Notes: generated by a model from the sequence alone, not told the origin. Positions 1 to 10,606 are shown, counted from the first letter of the stretch. The stretch: 64,000 bases of DNA from Candidatus Hydrogenedentota bacterium (GCA_034669905.1 JAXMOL010000013.1:64001-128000); one strand, 5' to 3'. Translations and numbers: made by a program.

Positions 1-375
1 AATGGACGGTACGCCCAGCAGCATCCCTTCGAAGGCCCCGGCCACCGTACCGGAGTACGTCACATCGTCCCCCAGATTGGCCCCGGCGTTGACGCCGGAA
101 ACCACGAGATCGGGCCGTCGCCCCAGAAGGCTGCGGACCGCCAGCATGACACAGTCGGTGGGTGTACCATCGACCATGTGCCATTCAGGAGCGATTGTCG
201 TGACACGGAGGGGCCGGTGGAGGGAGACCCCATGGCCCACCGCGCTTTGTTGTCCCTCGGGGGCATAGACTTCGACGTGACCCACTTCGGCCAGGGCCTC
301 GGCAAGGTATTGGATGCCGGGCGCACGGATGCCGTCATCGTTGGTTACGAGAATGAGGGGTTTGGATTGGGTCAC
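1..375 (-). CDS. surE: 5'/3'-nucleotidase SurE, N-terminal part (runs off the window start)
   Basis: Not in the ORF track. Manual translation from GTG at 375 gives MTQSKTLILVTNDDGIRAPGI...QSAVGHGVSL...DGTPTDCV...PDLVVSGVNAGANLGDDVTYSGTVAGAFEG, the hallmark SurE motifs. Confidence 0.95.
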   Translation of the reverse strand, partial: MTQSKPLILVTNDDGIRAPGIQYLAEALAEVGHVEVYAPEGQQSAVGHGVSLHRPLRVTTIAPEWHMVDGTPTDCVMLAVRSLLGRRPDLVVSGVNAGANLGDDVTYSGTVAGAFEGMLLGVPSI

Positions 376-751
376 AGGGTCATCCTGACATGCGATTGGG
401 GCCCGGGGAAGCGGTCCTGTTATACCATATGGTGCATTCCCTTATAAAACTTCGAGGCGGTATGCCCCCCTGGTCGGGGGCGTCGGGAGCCCGCCAGGAA
501 GGTGATTTCGTGCTTTCTTTCGATTCACCGTATCGGATCCGCGGAGAATACGGTATAATCAATCCAATGAGGAGGGGTTATCTACGGCGATTAAAGCCCG
601 TGACGGCCTGTAGAGACGGAATGTTTCGGCACGAAAAGTTGAGTTTAGTATACATTGTGGGTATAGTCACCCCCGAGCCTGTCAACTTTCTGGCAGTTGA
701 AGGTGCAGGCGTAAACTGCAGGCCAAAAATAGAAAAGATTGAGGTGCATTG

Positions 752-1120
752 ATGGATAAGCCATCAATTCTAATAGTCGATGATGAAGAGAATGTGCGCA
801 CGGCCCTGGTCCGTTGGTTCAACATTCGGGGGTTTCACGTGTCGCAGGCGGGAGATGGGGTCGAGGCGCTGGAACAGCTTGATGCGGGGCAATTCGACGT
901 GATAACCATGGATTTAGAGATGCCCCGCATGGGCGGTCTCGAAGCGCTCTTGGAAATCCGCAATCGGGGGGTGGAGGTGCCGATTCTTGTGGTCACGGGC
1001 TATCCCCGGGATGCCGAGGTAGCCTTGCAGCGGGGGGCGTTGAAAGTGCTTCATAAGCCACTGCATTTGCATGAGTTAGAGCGTGAGGTTCGCGAGGCCT
1101 TGGGCGAGGTGAATCCCTGA
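752..1120 (+). CDS. Single-domain response regulator (CheY-like receiver)
   Basis: ILIVDDEE, DVITMDLEMPRMGG, VVTGY and KP motifs; GAGG RBS at 741-744; no output domain. Confidence 0.92.
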   Translation: MDKPSILIVDDEENVRTALVRWFNIRGFHVSQAGDGVEALEQLDAGQFDVITMDLEMPRMGGLEALLEIRNRGVEVPILVVTGYPRDAEVALQRGALKVLHKPLHLHELEREVREALGEVNP

Positions 1121-1237
1121 GATTCACCGGGGCATCGGGATAAATTCGGGGGCACCCATTCCGGGAACTTTTTCGGTTAAGGGAGTATAGTACCCTTTTG
1201 CCGACGGTGCCCTCCGCATGGCAGTGTTAGAAAGCTC

Positions 1238-1266
1238 TGGACAAAAAACGGCGGAACTGCTAAAAT
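1238..1266 (+). promoter_or_regulatory. Sigma70-type promoter candidate
   Basis: TGGACA-17 bp-TAAAAT with an extended -10 TG (TGcTAAAAT). Confidence 0.5.
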
Positions 1267-1700
1267 CAAACCCATAAGCACCCCATTGCATAGTTTTATT
1301 AGATTTCTATGTCAGGTGGACGTTGGTCCTGTGTTTTTTTCGGAACACCAGGCCTGATGGGGTGTAGAGCTGGGTTATGAAGACGTGCTTTCGTCTCAAG
1401 TACCAAGGTGGATTCGTCTCCCCGATGGGTACCGGTACTTGGTAGGGCCACTCGATGGGTGGGCTGATGGGTCGTGATAGGGAGTGCTGATCTTCCCGTG
1501 GGAAGGTGGCTTTCGTCAGATTCGTAGTAGTGACCCGTAGCAGGGGGTCGATTTTCGTCAAGGTTGAGGAATCTGGTCGAATCGTCCGACGCGTGACGTA
1601 TGTGATTGGACATACGTTGGCAAGTGTAGAACCAGCGCTGTAGGCGTGTGATGGAAACAGACCGTGCAAATCTGCAAGACGTTTAGTCTGGGGAGCTACG

Positions 1701-2918
1701 ATGGCAACCAGTAAGAGTAAGGCACCCAAGAAAAAGGCCGCCGCGCCCAAAGCGAAGGCCAAACCCAAGGCGAAAGCGGCCGCCAAACCCAAGGCTGCTG
1801 CCAAGCCTAAGGTCGCCGCCAAACCCAAGGCGAAAGCGGCCGCCAAGGCCAGCCCTTCCCCGGCGAAGAAGGACGGGGCACCCGGAAAGAAGGCTTCCCC
1901 CCCAACGAAGAAGGCCGCTGCCGCGACCCCGCCGCCCCCCCGCGCCACGGGCAAAGTATTATCCCGCAAGTTCATGTTTGGACTCGCCGAAGCCATCAAG
2001 AGCGCGGTCGAGCCCATGGTTCGCCAGGTCAAGGGCCGGGAAGTGGTCGATTTGGCGGTCAGTGGCGACGCCACCTTCGAGATCGATAAGGTCGCAGAGA
2101 AAGCGCTGCTGAATTACCTGAAAGGCCAGCGGGCCCCGGTCGCCTACTATTCCGAAGACTCCGGTTACTCCACCTTTTCATCCGACGCTCCCAAGCACCT
2201 TCTGGTGGTAGATCCCATCGACGGTACCCGGGCGGCCATGAATGGTTTTGAAGGCTGCGTCGTTGCCATTGCCAGTACGCGCATTATCGAGCGGCCCACG
2301 ATGGCCGATGTAGACACGGCCTGCGTCACCGAGATTGTGGGGGAGCGCACCTTCTACGCGGAGCGGGGAAAAGGTACCCGTATTTATGTTGATGGTAAGT
2401 CCAAGAAGCCCCGGATTTCAGAGAATTCCGACCTGGAAACCATGTCTTGGGCCATGACCGTTCCCGGTCGCCCGGCCTCCCTTATCTTCCCCACCGTGGG
2501 ACAACTAATCGATGTTTCCAGCCTCAAGGGCGGCTTCTTTGCCTGTAACAGCACCTCCTTCAGCCTGACCCGACTGCTCACCGATCAGTTGGATGCCTGT
2601 GTCGATTTTGCCTCCCGCTATATGAAAGAGATTCCGGACCTGGTGCGGGACACCTTCATAAACGCCGGTCGCGGTAATGTCATGGGAATTGCTCCCTACG
2701 ATATGGCCGCCGCCCTGTTGCTGGTGGAAGAGGCCGGCTGTGTGGTGACCGACGCCTACGGCAAGGGATTCGAAGATGTTCTGCTGCTGGACAGCTCGGA
2801 AAACAACCACCAGTCGCTCATTGCGGCGTCCAACAAGAAACTCCATGGAACCCTGTTGAAGGTTGTGGACACGCGCGTCCAGCAATATGTCGATGCCATG
2901 CACCGGGCGAAAGGTTAG
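1701..2918 (+). CDS. Inositol monophosphatase/FBPase-family protein with an N-terminal Lys/Ala/Pro-rich extension
   Basis: DKVAE, YSED, VVDPIDGT and YDMAAALLLVEEAG motifs; first ~85 aa are low-complexity KAAAKP repeats; GGAG RBS. Confidence 0.88.
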   Translation: MATSKSKAPKKKAAAPKAKAKPKAKAAAKPKAAAKPKVAAKPKAKAAAKASPSPAKKDGAPGKKASPPTKKAAAATPPPPRATGKVLSRKFMFGLAEAIKSAVEPMVRQVKGREVVDLAVSGDATFEIDKVAEKALLNYLKGQRAPVAYYSEDSGYSTFSSDAPKHLLVVDPIDGTRAAMNGFEGCVVAIASTRIIERPTMADVDTACVTEIVGERTFYAERGKGTRIYVDGKSKKPRISENSDLETMSWAMTVPGRPASLIFPTVGQLIDVSSLKGGFFACNSTSFSLTRLLTDQLDACVDFASRYMKEIPDLVRDTFINAGRGNVMGIAPYDMAAALLLVEEAGCVVTDAYGKGFEDVLLLDSSENNHQSLIAASNKKLHGTLLKVVDTRVQQYVDAMHRAKG

Positions 2919-3056
2919 GGCGCAGGCGCCCTTGGGGGAAGTTGGGGCGAATAGTTTCCATTTCTTCGTGGTACTATCTGACGGACTGGCGGGGCCTTGC
3001 GGGTCTGGCGCGCCCGACAGGTCGAGACGGTCTGAACCTGTCGAGAGGTACACGCG

Positions 3057-3797
3057 ATGAACACCGTCCGGGAACTGGAATCCAACACAGAACCATCCAC
3101 GATTTTCGATCTACGTGAGGTCTGCAAAGAGTACCAGATGGGCGAGGTGGTGGTACCGGCTTTGCGCGGGGCCACGTTGACGATACGGCGGGGGGAACTG
3201 TTGGTCATTCTGGGGCCAAGCGGCTCGGGGAAAAGCACCCTGCTCAATATCATCGGCGGGCTCGATGCGCCCACTCGGGGCGAGGTCCTCTTTCGGGGTG
3301 ACGATCTGGCGAAATACAACGAGTCCCAGCGTACCCAATATCGCCGCAAGCATATCGGCTTCGTCTTCCAATTCTACAACCTCATGCCCAACCTCACGGC
3401 CGAAGAAAATGTGGAGCTGGCGACGGAAATATCGGTGGACCCCATGAAACCTTCCGAAGCCCTGGAGATGGTGCAACTGGGCCCCCGGCGCACCCACTTT
3501 CCCTCGCAACTTTCCGGTGGCGAACAACAGCGGGTGGCCATTGCCCGTGCGGTGGCAAAGAGGCCAGAGATTCTCCTGTGCGACGAGCCCACCGGCGCCC
3601 TCGATATATCCACCGGCCAGGTGGTGCTGGAGGCCCTGGCGGAGATTAACCGTCGCGTTCAGACCACCGTTATTCTCATTACGCACAACGCCGCCATCGC
3701 CGGTCTGGCCGACCGCGTCATCACCATGCGCGATGGCCATGTCCACGAAATCACGGAGAATCCCCGCCGCAAGTCGGTCGATGAACTGGTGTGGTAA
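3057..3797 (+). CDS. ABC transporter ATP-binding protein (LolD/MacB-type)
   Basis: [46 protein letters not shown]. Confidence 0.95.
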   Translation: MNTVRELESNTEPSTIFDLREVCKEYQMGEVVVPALRGATLTIRRGELLVILGPSGSGKSTLLNIIGGLDAPTRGEVLFRGDDLAKYNESQRTQYRRKHIGFVFQFYNLMPNLTAEENVELATEISVDPMKPSEALEMVQLGPRRTHFPSQLSGGEQQRVAIARAVAKRPEILLCDEPTGALDISTGQVVLEALAEINRRVQTTVILITHNAAIAGLADRVITMRDGHVHEITENPRRKSVDELVW

Positions 3798-6169
3798 TCA
3801 GCCCCTTCCATAAAAAGCTTTTCCGGACCATGTACCAATCCTGGCCCCAGTCCCTGGGGGTCGTGGCGGTGGTCATGTGCGGCATTGCAGCCTACATTTG
3901 TGTGTACTCCGCGTATCTCAATCTGAGTCTCACCCGCGACACCTACTATGCCCAGAACCGCTTCGCCGATTTTGAGATCATGGTGGAGCGCGCGCCCGAA
4001 ACGGCCGTCTTCAAGTTAGAGAACCTGCCGGGTATTCGCCAGGTGCGCAAGCGCATCGTGGAAGATGTGAATGTGGACATCGACGGCGTAGACGAGCCCC
4101 GCATCGGACGCCTTATCTCCATGCCTTCTATCAAGACACCCGTAATTAATGATGTGGTCATGTTGCAGGGCCGCTATTTCGAACCGGGCGAACAGCGGGT
4201 GGTCATCCTGAGCGAACACTTTGCCCGGGCCAATGACCTCGATATTGGCGAACGCTTTCAGATCTCGGTGGACAATAAGAAATACAGCCTCAAGGTCATT
4301 GGCGTGGGGGCGTCACCCGAGTTCGTCTACATGATTCCCAACGTGCAGGCCCTCGTGCCCAGTCCCGAACGCTTCGGTATCTTGTGGGTGCCGGAAGAAT
4401 TCGCCGAGACGGCCCTGGACCTGAAGTCGGCCTGCAACAACATCGTGGGGCTGGTGGACGATCCCGACGAACTCGACGCGATTCTCGATGAGGCCGATAA
4501 GCTGCTCGACCCTTATGGCGTCTTTGCCAAGACCAAGCGGGAAAACCAGCTTTCCAACCGCTTTATCTCCGATGAGATTAAGGGCCTGGGCGTATCGGCC
4601 AAGATAATTCCCACCCTCTTTCTCGGTATTGCGGCCCTGATTCTCCTCATCCTGTTGAACCGCATGGTGCGCACGGAGCGGACCCAGATTGGGCTGATGA
4701 AAGCCTTTGGCTACTCCGATTGGGCCGTGGGCTTTCACTACATTGAATACGGACTTATCCTCGCCGTCATCGGGTGTCTGGGCGGTTTTGCACTGGGCCA
4801 ATGGATGGCCGGCGGCATGATCAAGATCTACGTGCAGTTCTACCAATTTCCCATCCTGGAGTCGCGGGTCTATTTTGACGTGCTGACCCGCTCCATGGGG
4901 ATTACCCTGGTGTTTGCCACCCTGGGTGCCCTTACGGCGGCCATACAGGCGGCGCGCATCCAGCCCGCCGAATCCATGCGTGCCGAGGCCCCCAGTCGGG
5001 TGGCCCGCATCTGGCTCGAATACCTGCCCTTTCTCTGGCGTCGCCTCAGCTTCACCTGGAAGATGATTTTGCGCAATATCTCGCGCAATCGCTTCCGCTC
5101 CGCCGTAAACTGTTTTGGCGTGGCCATCTCCCTCAGTCTGCTGCTCATGGGTTTCTTCATGTCGGACTCCATCGAGTTTGGCATGGACTTCCAGTTTCAG
5201 GAGGTGCAACGGGAAGATGTGAAGGTCAGTTTTCAGAAAGAGCAGGGGCGTGATGTGCTCTACGAGGCCATGCGCTTTCCCCATGTTCGCCGTGCCGAAG
5301 GGCTGTTGGAGTACCCCTTTGAGGTCCGGTCCGGGTGGCGCAAGAAAGATATCGTGGTGATAGGGATTGAAAAGGATGCGGAACTGCAGCGCGTCATGGA
5401 TTTCGATCACAAGGTCTTCTCCATGGGGGATAGTGGCATCATTCTGGCCCAAAGTCTCGCTGAGGATCTCGCCGTGGGGCCGGGCGATACCATTACGCTG
5501 GAGCCCCTCATGGGCCGCATTGACCGGGTCTACGAGGTGCCCGTCCGCGCCGTGGCCCAACAATTTGTCGGCACCGCGGCCTATATGGATCAGGGTGCCC
5601 TCAGCCGCTTGCTCGAGGAACCCTATGCCATCACCAGTGCCCTGTTGCGACTCGAATCGGGCAGTCGGGACGAATTCAACAAGACCCTGAAAAACATCGG
5701 TGGCGTGGCAGCGGTCAGTTTCAATACGGATGCTTATCAGTCCATGCAGGACACCATGGGCGCGAGTATGAATATCACCAACACCATCCTCTTGGCTTTC
5801 GCTGGTGTCATCGCCTTTTCAATCATCTACAACGTTACGGCCGTTTCCCTCTCTGAGCGGCAACGGGAGTTGGCGTCCCTGCGGGTGCTGGGTTTGTCCA
5901 TACCGGAAGTGGGCCGTATTATGTACATTGAGAACCTGCTCATGGGCGGGCTCGGGGTGCTCCTCGGCCTTCCCATGGGAATTGGCATCTGCGCCTTGTT
6001 GGTGGAAGCCTACAGCAACGACATGTTTCGTCTGCCTTTTCATATCGCGCGGCAGACCTATGTAACGTCGATTTTATTGACCATGTCCTTCGTTTTCCTG
6101 GCAAACCTGGCGGCCCGCCGCAAGATTCGCCACCTGGATCTGGTCGAAGTGCTTAAGGAACGGGAGTAA
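3791..6169 (+). CDS. FtsX/MacB-family ABC permease (duplicated architecture)
   Basis: Two repeats of TM-large periplasmic domain-3 [16 protein letters not shown] and [15 protein letters not shown] motifs; overlaps the ATPase stop. Confidence 0.92.
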   Translation: MVISPFHKKLFRTMYQSWPQSLGVVAVVMCGIAAYICVYSAYLNLSLTRDTYYAQNRFADFEIMVERAPETAVFKLENLPGIRQVRKRIVEDVNVDIDGVDEPRIGRLISMPSIKTPVINDVVMLQGRYFEPGEQRVVILSEHFARANDLDIGERFQISVDNKKYSLKVIGVGASPEFVYMIPNVQALVPSPERFGILWVPEEFAETALDLKSACNNIVGLVDDPDELDAILDEADKLLDPYGVFAKTKRENQLSNRFISDEIKGLGVSAKIIPTLFLGIAALILLILLNRMVRTERTQIGLMKAFGYSDWAVGFHYIEYGLILAVIGCLGGFALGQWMAGGMIKIYVQFYQFPILESRVYFDVLTRSMGITLVFATLGALTAAIQAARIQPAESMRAEAPSRVARIWLEYLPFLWRRLSFTWKMILRNISRNRFRSAVNCFGVAISLSLLLMGFFMSDSIEFGMDFQFQEVQREDVKVSFQKEQGRDVLYEAMRFPHVRRAEGLLEYPFEVRSGWRKKDIVVIGIEKDAELQRVMDFDHKVFSMGDSGIILAQSLAEDLAVGPGDTITLEPLMGRIDRVYEVPVRAVAQQFVGTAAYMDQGALSRLLEEPYAITSALLRLESGSRDEFNKTLKNIGGVAAVSFNTDAYQSMQDTMGASMNITNTILLAFAGVIAFSIIYNVTAVSLSERQRELASLRVLGLSIPEVGRIMYIENLLMGGLGVLLGLPMGIGICALLVEAYSNDMFRLPFHIARQTYVTSILLTMSFVFLANLAARRKIRHLDLVEVLKERE

Positions 6170-6172
6170 ACC

Positions 6173-7498
6173 ATGAGACGAATTGTATGGGGTGGCATCG
6201 CCGTCGTAATCATTGGCGTGGTCTTGCTTTCGCTCCGGCCCCAGGCCGTGTTGGTCGAGATGGGTACGCCTGAGCGGCGGACCGTCACCAACTACATCGC
6301 CGAGGAAGCCAAGACCCGGCTGCGAGATGAATACGTTATCGACGTGCCCCTGTCTGGCACGGTGGAGCGCATTGCCCTGGAGGTGGGCGACATGGTGGCA
6401 GCGGGGGATATTCTGGCGTACATCGACGCCTTCGACCTGGAGCAGCAGATCCGGGGGGTAGAATTCCTCATTCGCCAGAGTCGGGCCCAGATTGTGGGGG
6501 TGGACAGTGGCAAGCCCAAGAATCAGGACATCGACTCCGCCGCCGTTCGTGCCCGGGAAATGCGCGACGCCCTCCGCATCGCGGAGAAAGAACATACCAT
6601 CGCTACCATCGACTATGAGCAGGCCAAGCGCGATTTCGAACGGGCCAAACGCCTCGTGGAAGAAGGGGTGGCCAGTCAGTCCGACCTGGACGACGCGGAG
6701 CGGGCCTATAAGGGCCTGGCCCAGCAGGTGGAGCGCACCCAGTTGTCCGTGTCAGCCGCGCGCAAGGGGTTGGAGATTTCGGAGTTGGCGTCCAGTCGGG
6801 TGGTGGATTCCATGGATGACAACGAATATTTGCGCGAGGTCTATAAGGCGGAGATCGAGCAACTGGAGTCTCAGCTCGCGGTGCTGAAGAGCGACCTAGA
6901 GAAAACGATTATCCGGTCGCCCGTGGCCGGACCCATCCTCGAGAAGTATGTGGACAACACCCGTGTTCTTGCGGCCGGGACGCCCATCCTCAAGGTCGGT
7001 GACCTGAGCACCATGGAAATTGAAAGCGATGTCTTGTCGGAGGAGGTGGTGGGCATTACGGTGGGCGATTCGGTGGAGTTGATTGGCAAAGCCCTGGGCG
7101 ATGCGGAAGTGTACGGCACGGTAGACCGAATCTATCCCGCGGCCTTCCAGAAGATTTCCTCTCTGGGTATCGAACAACAGCGTGTCAAGACCATCATCGC
7201 CTTCGACAACAGCGAACTCGGCCTCCGGGCGGGCACGCGTCTCGATGTGCGTATCATCACCGACCAGTCGGACGATGCGGTGGCCGTTCCTGAGCGCTCC
7301 GTCTTTCGCCGCGATGGCGCGTGGTATGTCTTCGTGGTGGAGGGGGGCGAAGCGGTGCTGCGGCCCGTGACCCTGGGGATTAAGAACGACACCTGGGCGG
7401 AGATCACCGACGGGTTGACGGTGGAGGAGACGATTATTCTCGAGCCCAAAAATGACCTGGAACCCGGGCAGCGGGTGGTGAGGAAGGGGAAAAAGTGA
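6173..7498 (+). CDS. Efflux periplasmic adaptor (MacA/HlyD-like membrane fusion protein)
   Basis: N-terminal TM, lipoyl halves (VPLSGTVERIALEVGDMVAAGD, IRSPVAG), long coiled coil, C-terminal VPERSVF...VTLG...EITDGL. Confidence 0.92.
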   Translation: MRRIVWGGIAVVIIGVVLLSLRPQAVLVEMGTPERRTVTNYIAEEAKTRLRDEYVIDVPLSGTVERIALEVGDMVAAGDILAYIDAFDLEQQIRGVEFLIRQSRAQIVGVDSGKPKNQDIDSAAVRAREMRDALRIAEKEHTIATIDYEQAKRDFERAKRLVEEGVASQSDLDDAERAYKGLAQQVERTQLSVSAARKGLEISELASSRVVDSMDDNEYLREVYKAEIEQLESQLAVLKSDLEKTIIRSPVAGPILEKYVDNTRVLAAGTPILKVGDLSTMEIESDVLSEEVVGITVGDSVELIGKALGDAEVYGTVDRIYPAAFQKISSLGIEQQRVKTIIAFDNSELGLRAGTRLDVRIITDQSDDAVAVPERSVFRRDGAWYVFVVEGGEAVLRPVTLGIKNDTWAEITDGLTVEETIILEPKNDLEPGQRVVRKGKK

Positions 7499-7523
7499 AT
7501 TTTGAATTTAGAATAGTGAATTG
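7496..7523 (+). repeat. Short tandem heptamer repeat (TGAATTT-like x4)
   Basis: TGAATTT TGAATTT AGAATAG TGAATTG starting at the stop codon; related run at 8865-8899. Confidence 0.7.
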
Positions 7524-7566
7524 GGGACCGTTTTCATTTCAATCGCATCGTTTCGAGGACAATGTG

Positions 7567-7728
7567 GGGTGCCACCCTCAAACGGCGGAGCGCAGCGGGG
7601 GAAGTTTGTGGGTGTGTCGGATACCGAAACGCTGCGCCTGAAATGACCATGTGCGTTGACTCTGTTTTCGTAGAGTTTTTTCACCCTCAAGCGTTGCGGC
7701 GGAGCCGCCGCGCTTGAGGGTGGCACCC
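7567..7728. repeat. MITE/REPIN-like element with 15-bp terminal inverted repeats
   Basis: GGGTGCCACCCTCAA (7567-7581) and TTGAGGGTGGCACCC (7714-7728); internal hairpin CACCCTCAAGCG...CGCTTGAGGGTG (7682-7722). Confidence 0.65.
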
Positions 7729-8172
7729 GTAGTTTTTCCCTTAAGCGTGCTGTCCCCCTCTCCATAGAAGACGTTTCTCGAAAACATAGCGACACCGCGT
7801 TGGGGGAGAGCACCTCTATCACACCCGAGACGCTCTCTTAACGGTATTCCCCGTGCCACGCGATGCCGAGTTCCGCGAGGCTTCGTGTGCATGGAGCCCT
7901 GTTGGTGCGGGGCCATAGCGAATGATTCAGTTCGGGCGTCCTGCTGTTTTCGTCAAATCGGCCTCCCGCATTCAAGGTGGGGAGGGGGACGGCCCCGACG
8001 TCTGAGTGTGCTTCGCATTCCAACGCCTTAACCCTCGCCCACGCGTCGCTGTTTCAATTTTCGGGTTGCCTACGTCGGTGCGGTCCCCGCTATTCGCGTG
8101 AAATTGTGTCATCGTGCTATGCTGCACGGCGTTGAAATGAAACTATGGTTGCATGTAAGGAGTACCAAGACC

Positions 8173-8871
8173 ATGAAAACATGTTGGGGCATCGCCGCCG
8201 CACTCACCTTGCTGGCCGGACTGGCCGTTGCGGACGAAGAAAAACCGTCGCCCTCCCTCAAGTGGGAAGAGACCATTCAGGGCTTTGAAAAACAAGACGC
8301 CGCCACGCCGGTGGCTCCCGGGGGCATTCTCTTTCTCGGAAGTTCGAGCATTCGCATGTGGGACCTGGAAAAATGGTTTCCGGGAATGTTCGCCCTTAAC
8401 CGGGGCTTTGGTGGCTCGGAAATTGCCGACTCCCTCTACTACTTCGACCGCCTTGTCGTGCCCTACGCCCCGAAGGCCATCGTCTTCTATGCCGGCGACA
8501 ACGACGTGGCCCGGGGCAAGACCGCCGAGCAGGTGACGAACGATTACAAGGCCTTCGCGGCAAAGGTCCATGAAGCCCTGCCCGAAGCGAAGCTCATCTT
8601 CGTACCCATTAAGCCGAGCACGGCCCGGTGGCGCCTCTACCCCGAAATGAAAAAGGCCAACGACGCCATCAAGGCCCTCACCGAAATGGACGAACGGGAA
8701 GTTTTCCTGGAAATCGAGGCCCACATGCTCGACGACAAGGGCAAGCCGAAGAAGGACCTGCTCCTGGAAGACGGCCTCCACATGACCGACGGCGGCTATC
8801 AGATCTGGACCGACCTGGTGAAACCCCAGTTGGAGGCACTGCTGGCGCCGAAGGCGGCGGTGGTAGAATAG
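8173..8871 (+). CDS. Secreted SGNH/GDSL hydrolase
   Basis: Signal peptide; LFLGSSS, NRGFGGS, YAGDND and DGLH blocks; AAGGAG RBS before ATG 8173. Confidence 0.9.
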   Translation: MKTCWGIAAALTLLAGLAVADEEKPSPSLKWEETIQGFEKQDAATPVAPGGILFLGSSSIRMWDLEKWFPGMFALNRGFGGSEIADSLYYFDRLVVPYAPKAIVFYAGDNDVARGKTAEQVTNDYKAFAAKVHEALPEAKLIFVPIKPSTARWRLYPEMKKANDAIKALTEMDEREVFLEIEAHMLDDKGKPKKDLLLEDGLHMTDGGYQIWTDLVKPQLEALLAPKAAVVE

Positions 8872-8899
8872 TGAATTTTGAATGTAGCATTGTGAATTA
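8865..8899 (+). repeat. Short tandem heptamer repeat (TGAATTT-like x5)
   Basis: AGAATAG TGAATTT TGAATGT AGCATTG TGAATTA overlapping the stop codon. Confidence 0.65.
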
Positions 8900-8940
8900 A
8901 ATCGGATATGACGGCCTCCGGTGACGCAGGCCGTTTCCCT

Positions 8941-8987
8941 TGGAGTGCGGCAGCTTCCTGCCGCTTTTCGAAGGGCAGCTTGCTCCC
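8941..8987. repeat. REP family A, degenerate single copy
   Basis: TGGAGTGCGGCAGCTTCCTGCCGC...GGGCAGCTTGCTCCC matches the 57.36-57.41 kb unit. Confidence 0.7.
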
Positions 8988-9123
8988 CCCATCGCCCGAG
9001 AAACTCGGAACTTGAAGCTCTGTACTATGGTTGCAAACAAACGGGTCTTCCAGTAGAATTAACGATAGCGTCATGAATCCAAGAGCGTTACCGGTGCGGC
9101 AATAACATCTGGGGGGAACGACC

Positions 9124-10254
9124 ATGAAAAGCCGGAGTATATACGTACAATTCTTGACCATCGCGATTGCGGTCCTCATGCTGGCGGGCTGCGATCCGCC
9201 CTGCACCGACACCGGGCTTCCTGGCGCCTGGCAACAGGATTTCGATTTTGAGTATGGATCGGGAACCTCGATTCTTCACACACAGGATGGTGGCTACCTG
9301 ATCGTTGGTGGCGGGGGCAGTCCCCATGGCCCGATGTCGCCAGAATTGGTGAGGACCGATTCCGCTGGACAGGAAATATGGTCCAGCTTTTCCTCAACGC
9401 CCATCTTTCCCGAATCGGCGGCAGAGATGGACGATGGCTCATTCGTCCTGGTGGGATTCTCCAAAGGGCAGGGGAATATGGTTCGTTTGGATGCGGATGG
9501 TACGGTGATTTGGACGCGGCTACTTGGGGAAAGCGGACAGCCCCTGCCGTTGCCGAGCCGATTGGTTTCTACGTCGGACGGGAACCTGGCGGCGGTCTCC
9601 CAGGGTCACTTCTCCTTAGAGAATCGCATCACGGTCGTGAAATTTGATGCCGAGGCCGCCACTGTCTGGACCTCCGCAATGGAAGTCGCGGCCAATGACT
9701 TTGTGCGCGGCCTGGTGCGGACGGAAGACGGTGGCGTTACCCTATTGACCGATACCTTCATGCGACGACTGGATGGTGATGGAGCCACGGTGTGGAACAT
9801 CACGCTACCGCTGGACCTGGCCGGTAGTGAGCATCTTGTCGCGACCAACGACGATGGCGTCGTGGTTCTGGGCGACGATAGAATCGCCCGTTTCGACGTG
9901 GATGGGGACGAACTATGGAACAAGGTTTTTGCCTCGGAAACGGGCAAAGAGCCCATCGACATCAGCGGGACGCCCGACGGGGGCTTCGTCGTGGGTTCGT
10001 CGACCTACTCCTATGCGGAAAACTCCTTCTACTTTCCGCGAAGCTCGTGGTACTGCCAGAATATGGTGCTGACCAAGTTGAACCATGCCGGCAACGTCGA
10101 GTCAGAGCGGGAGTTCAGCACGGACAGCATTAATTTTCTTGTCGACCTCGCGCCAACGTCAGACGGCGGCTACATCATTCTCGGTTCGCGGGGGCGTAGC
10201 TTTTTCAGTTCCTATTCGTATATGTTCTTGATGAAGGTGGAAGGGGAGGAATGA
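9124..10254 (+). CDS. Putative lipoprotein with beta-propeller-type repeats
   Basis: Lipobox LAGC; repeated TxDGGY/F and D-x-G-x-x-x-W blades. Confidence 0.75.
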   Translation: MKSRSIYVQFLTIAIAVLMLAGCDPPCTDTGLPGAWQQDFDFEYGSGTSILHTQDGGYLIVGGGGSPHGPMSPELVRTDSAGQEIWSSFSSTPIFPESAAEMDDGSFVLVGFSKGQGNMVRLDADGTVIWTRLLGESGQPLPLPSRLVSTSDGNLAAVSQGHFSLENRITVVKFDAEAATVWTSAMEVAANDFVRGLVRTEDGGVTLLTDTFMRRLDGDGATVWNITLPLDLAGSEHLVATNDDGVVVLGDDRIARFDVDGDELWNKVFASETGKEPIDISGTPDGGFVVGSSTYSYAENSFYFPRSSWYCQNMVLTKLNHAGNVESEREFSTDSINFLVDLAPTSDGGYIILGSRGRSFFSSYSYMFLMKVEGEE

Positions 10255-10426
10255 GTCGATTTATGGGTCATCTGTCCTTGGGGTGTATCCGCCCTGAATG
10301 CTCTCGCAATTTTGCGTAGCTCTTCTGCGCGCCGCCTGGACGTTTTGGCGGAACGAACGCGTAACTCCGGGCTTGTTTCGCGTCACGCCTGGAGAAGTAC
10401 ATCCTGGTGGCCGAAGGTGTGCCAAA

Positions 10427-10606
10427 GTGGGTTGGCCTTCCAGGCTGACATCAGGACGACGTGATATATCACGTAGCGGGAAGTCGTGAAACCTGCCCCG
10501 TGGCTTTCCAAGGTTCTACCCATGGCGTATCGCCCCAGTGGCTAATTCGGGCGAGCGACATGACAGGTCGCAGACGCGCCGGAGGTGGGCTGAAAGCCTA
10601 TCCCAC
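10427..10606. repeat. REPIN-like element, family C (inverted GTGG-footed REPs)
   Basis: GTGG-GTTGGCC-TTCCA-GGCTGAC at the left end, GGTGGGCTGAAAGCCTATCCCAC at the right; homologous to 18355-18533. Confidence 0.75.

Noticed and set aside
2..752. Short ORFs listed in the track at the window start
   Set aside because: The real coding frame is minus-strand surE (1-375); the rest is the divergent promoter region.
1307..2074. 255-aa minus-strand ORF with LGLAAA repeats
   Set aside because: Mirror of the Lys/Ala tail of the IMPase gene.
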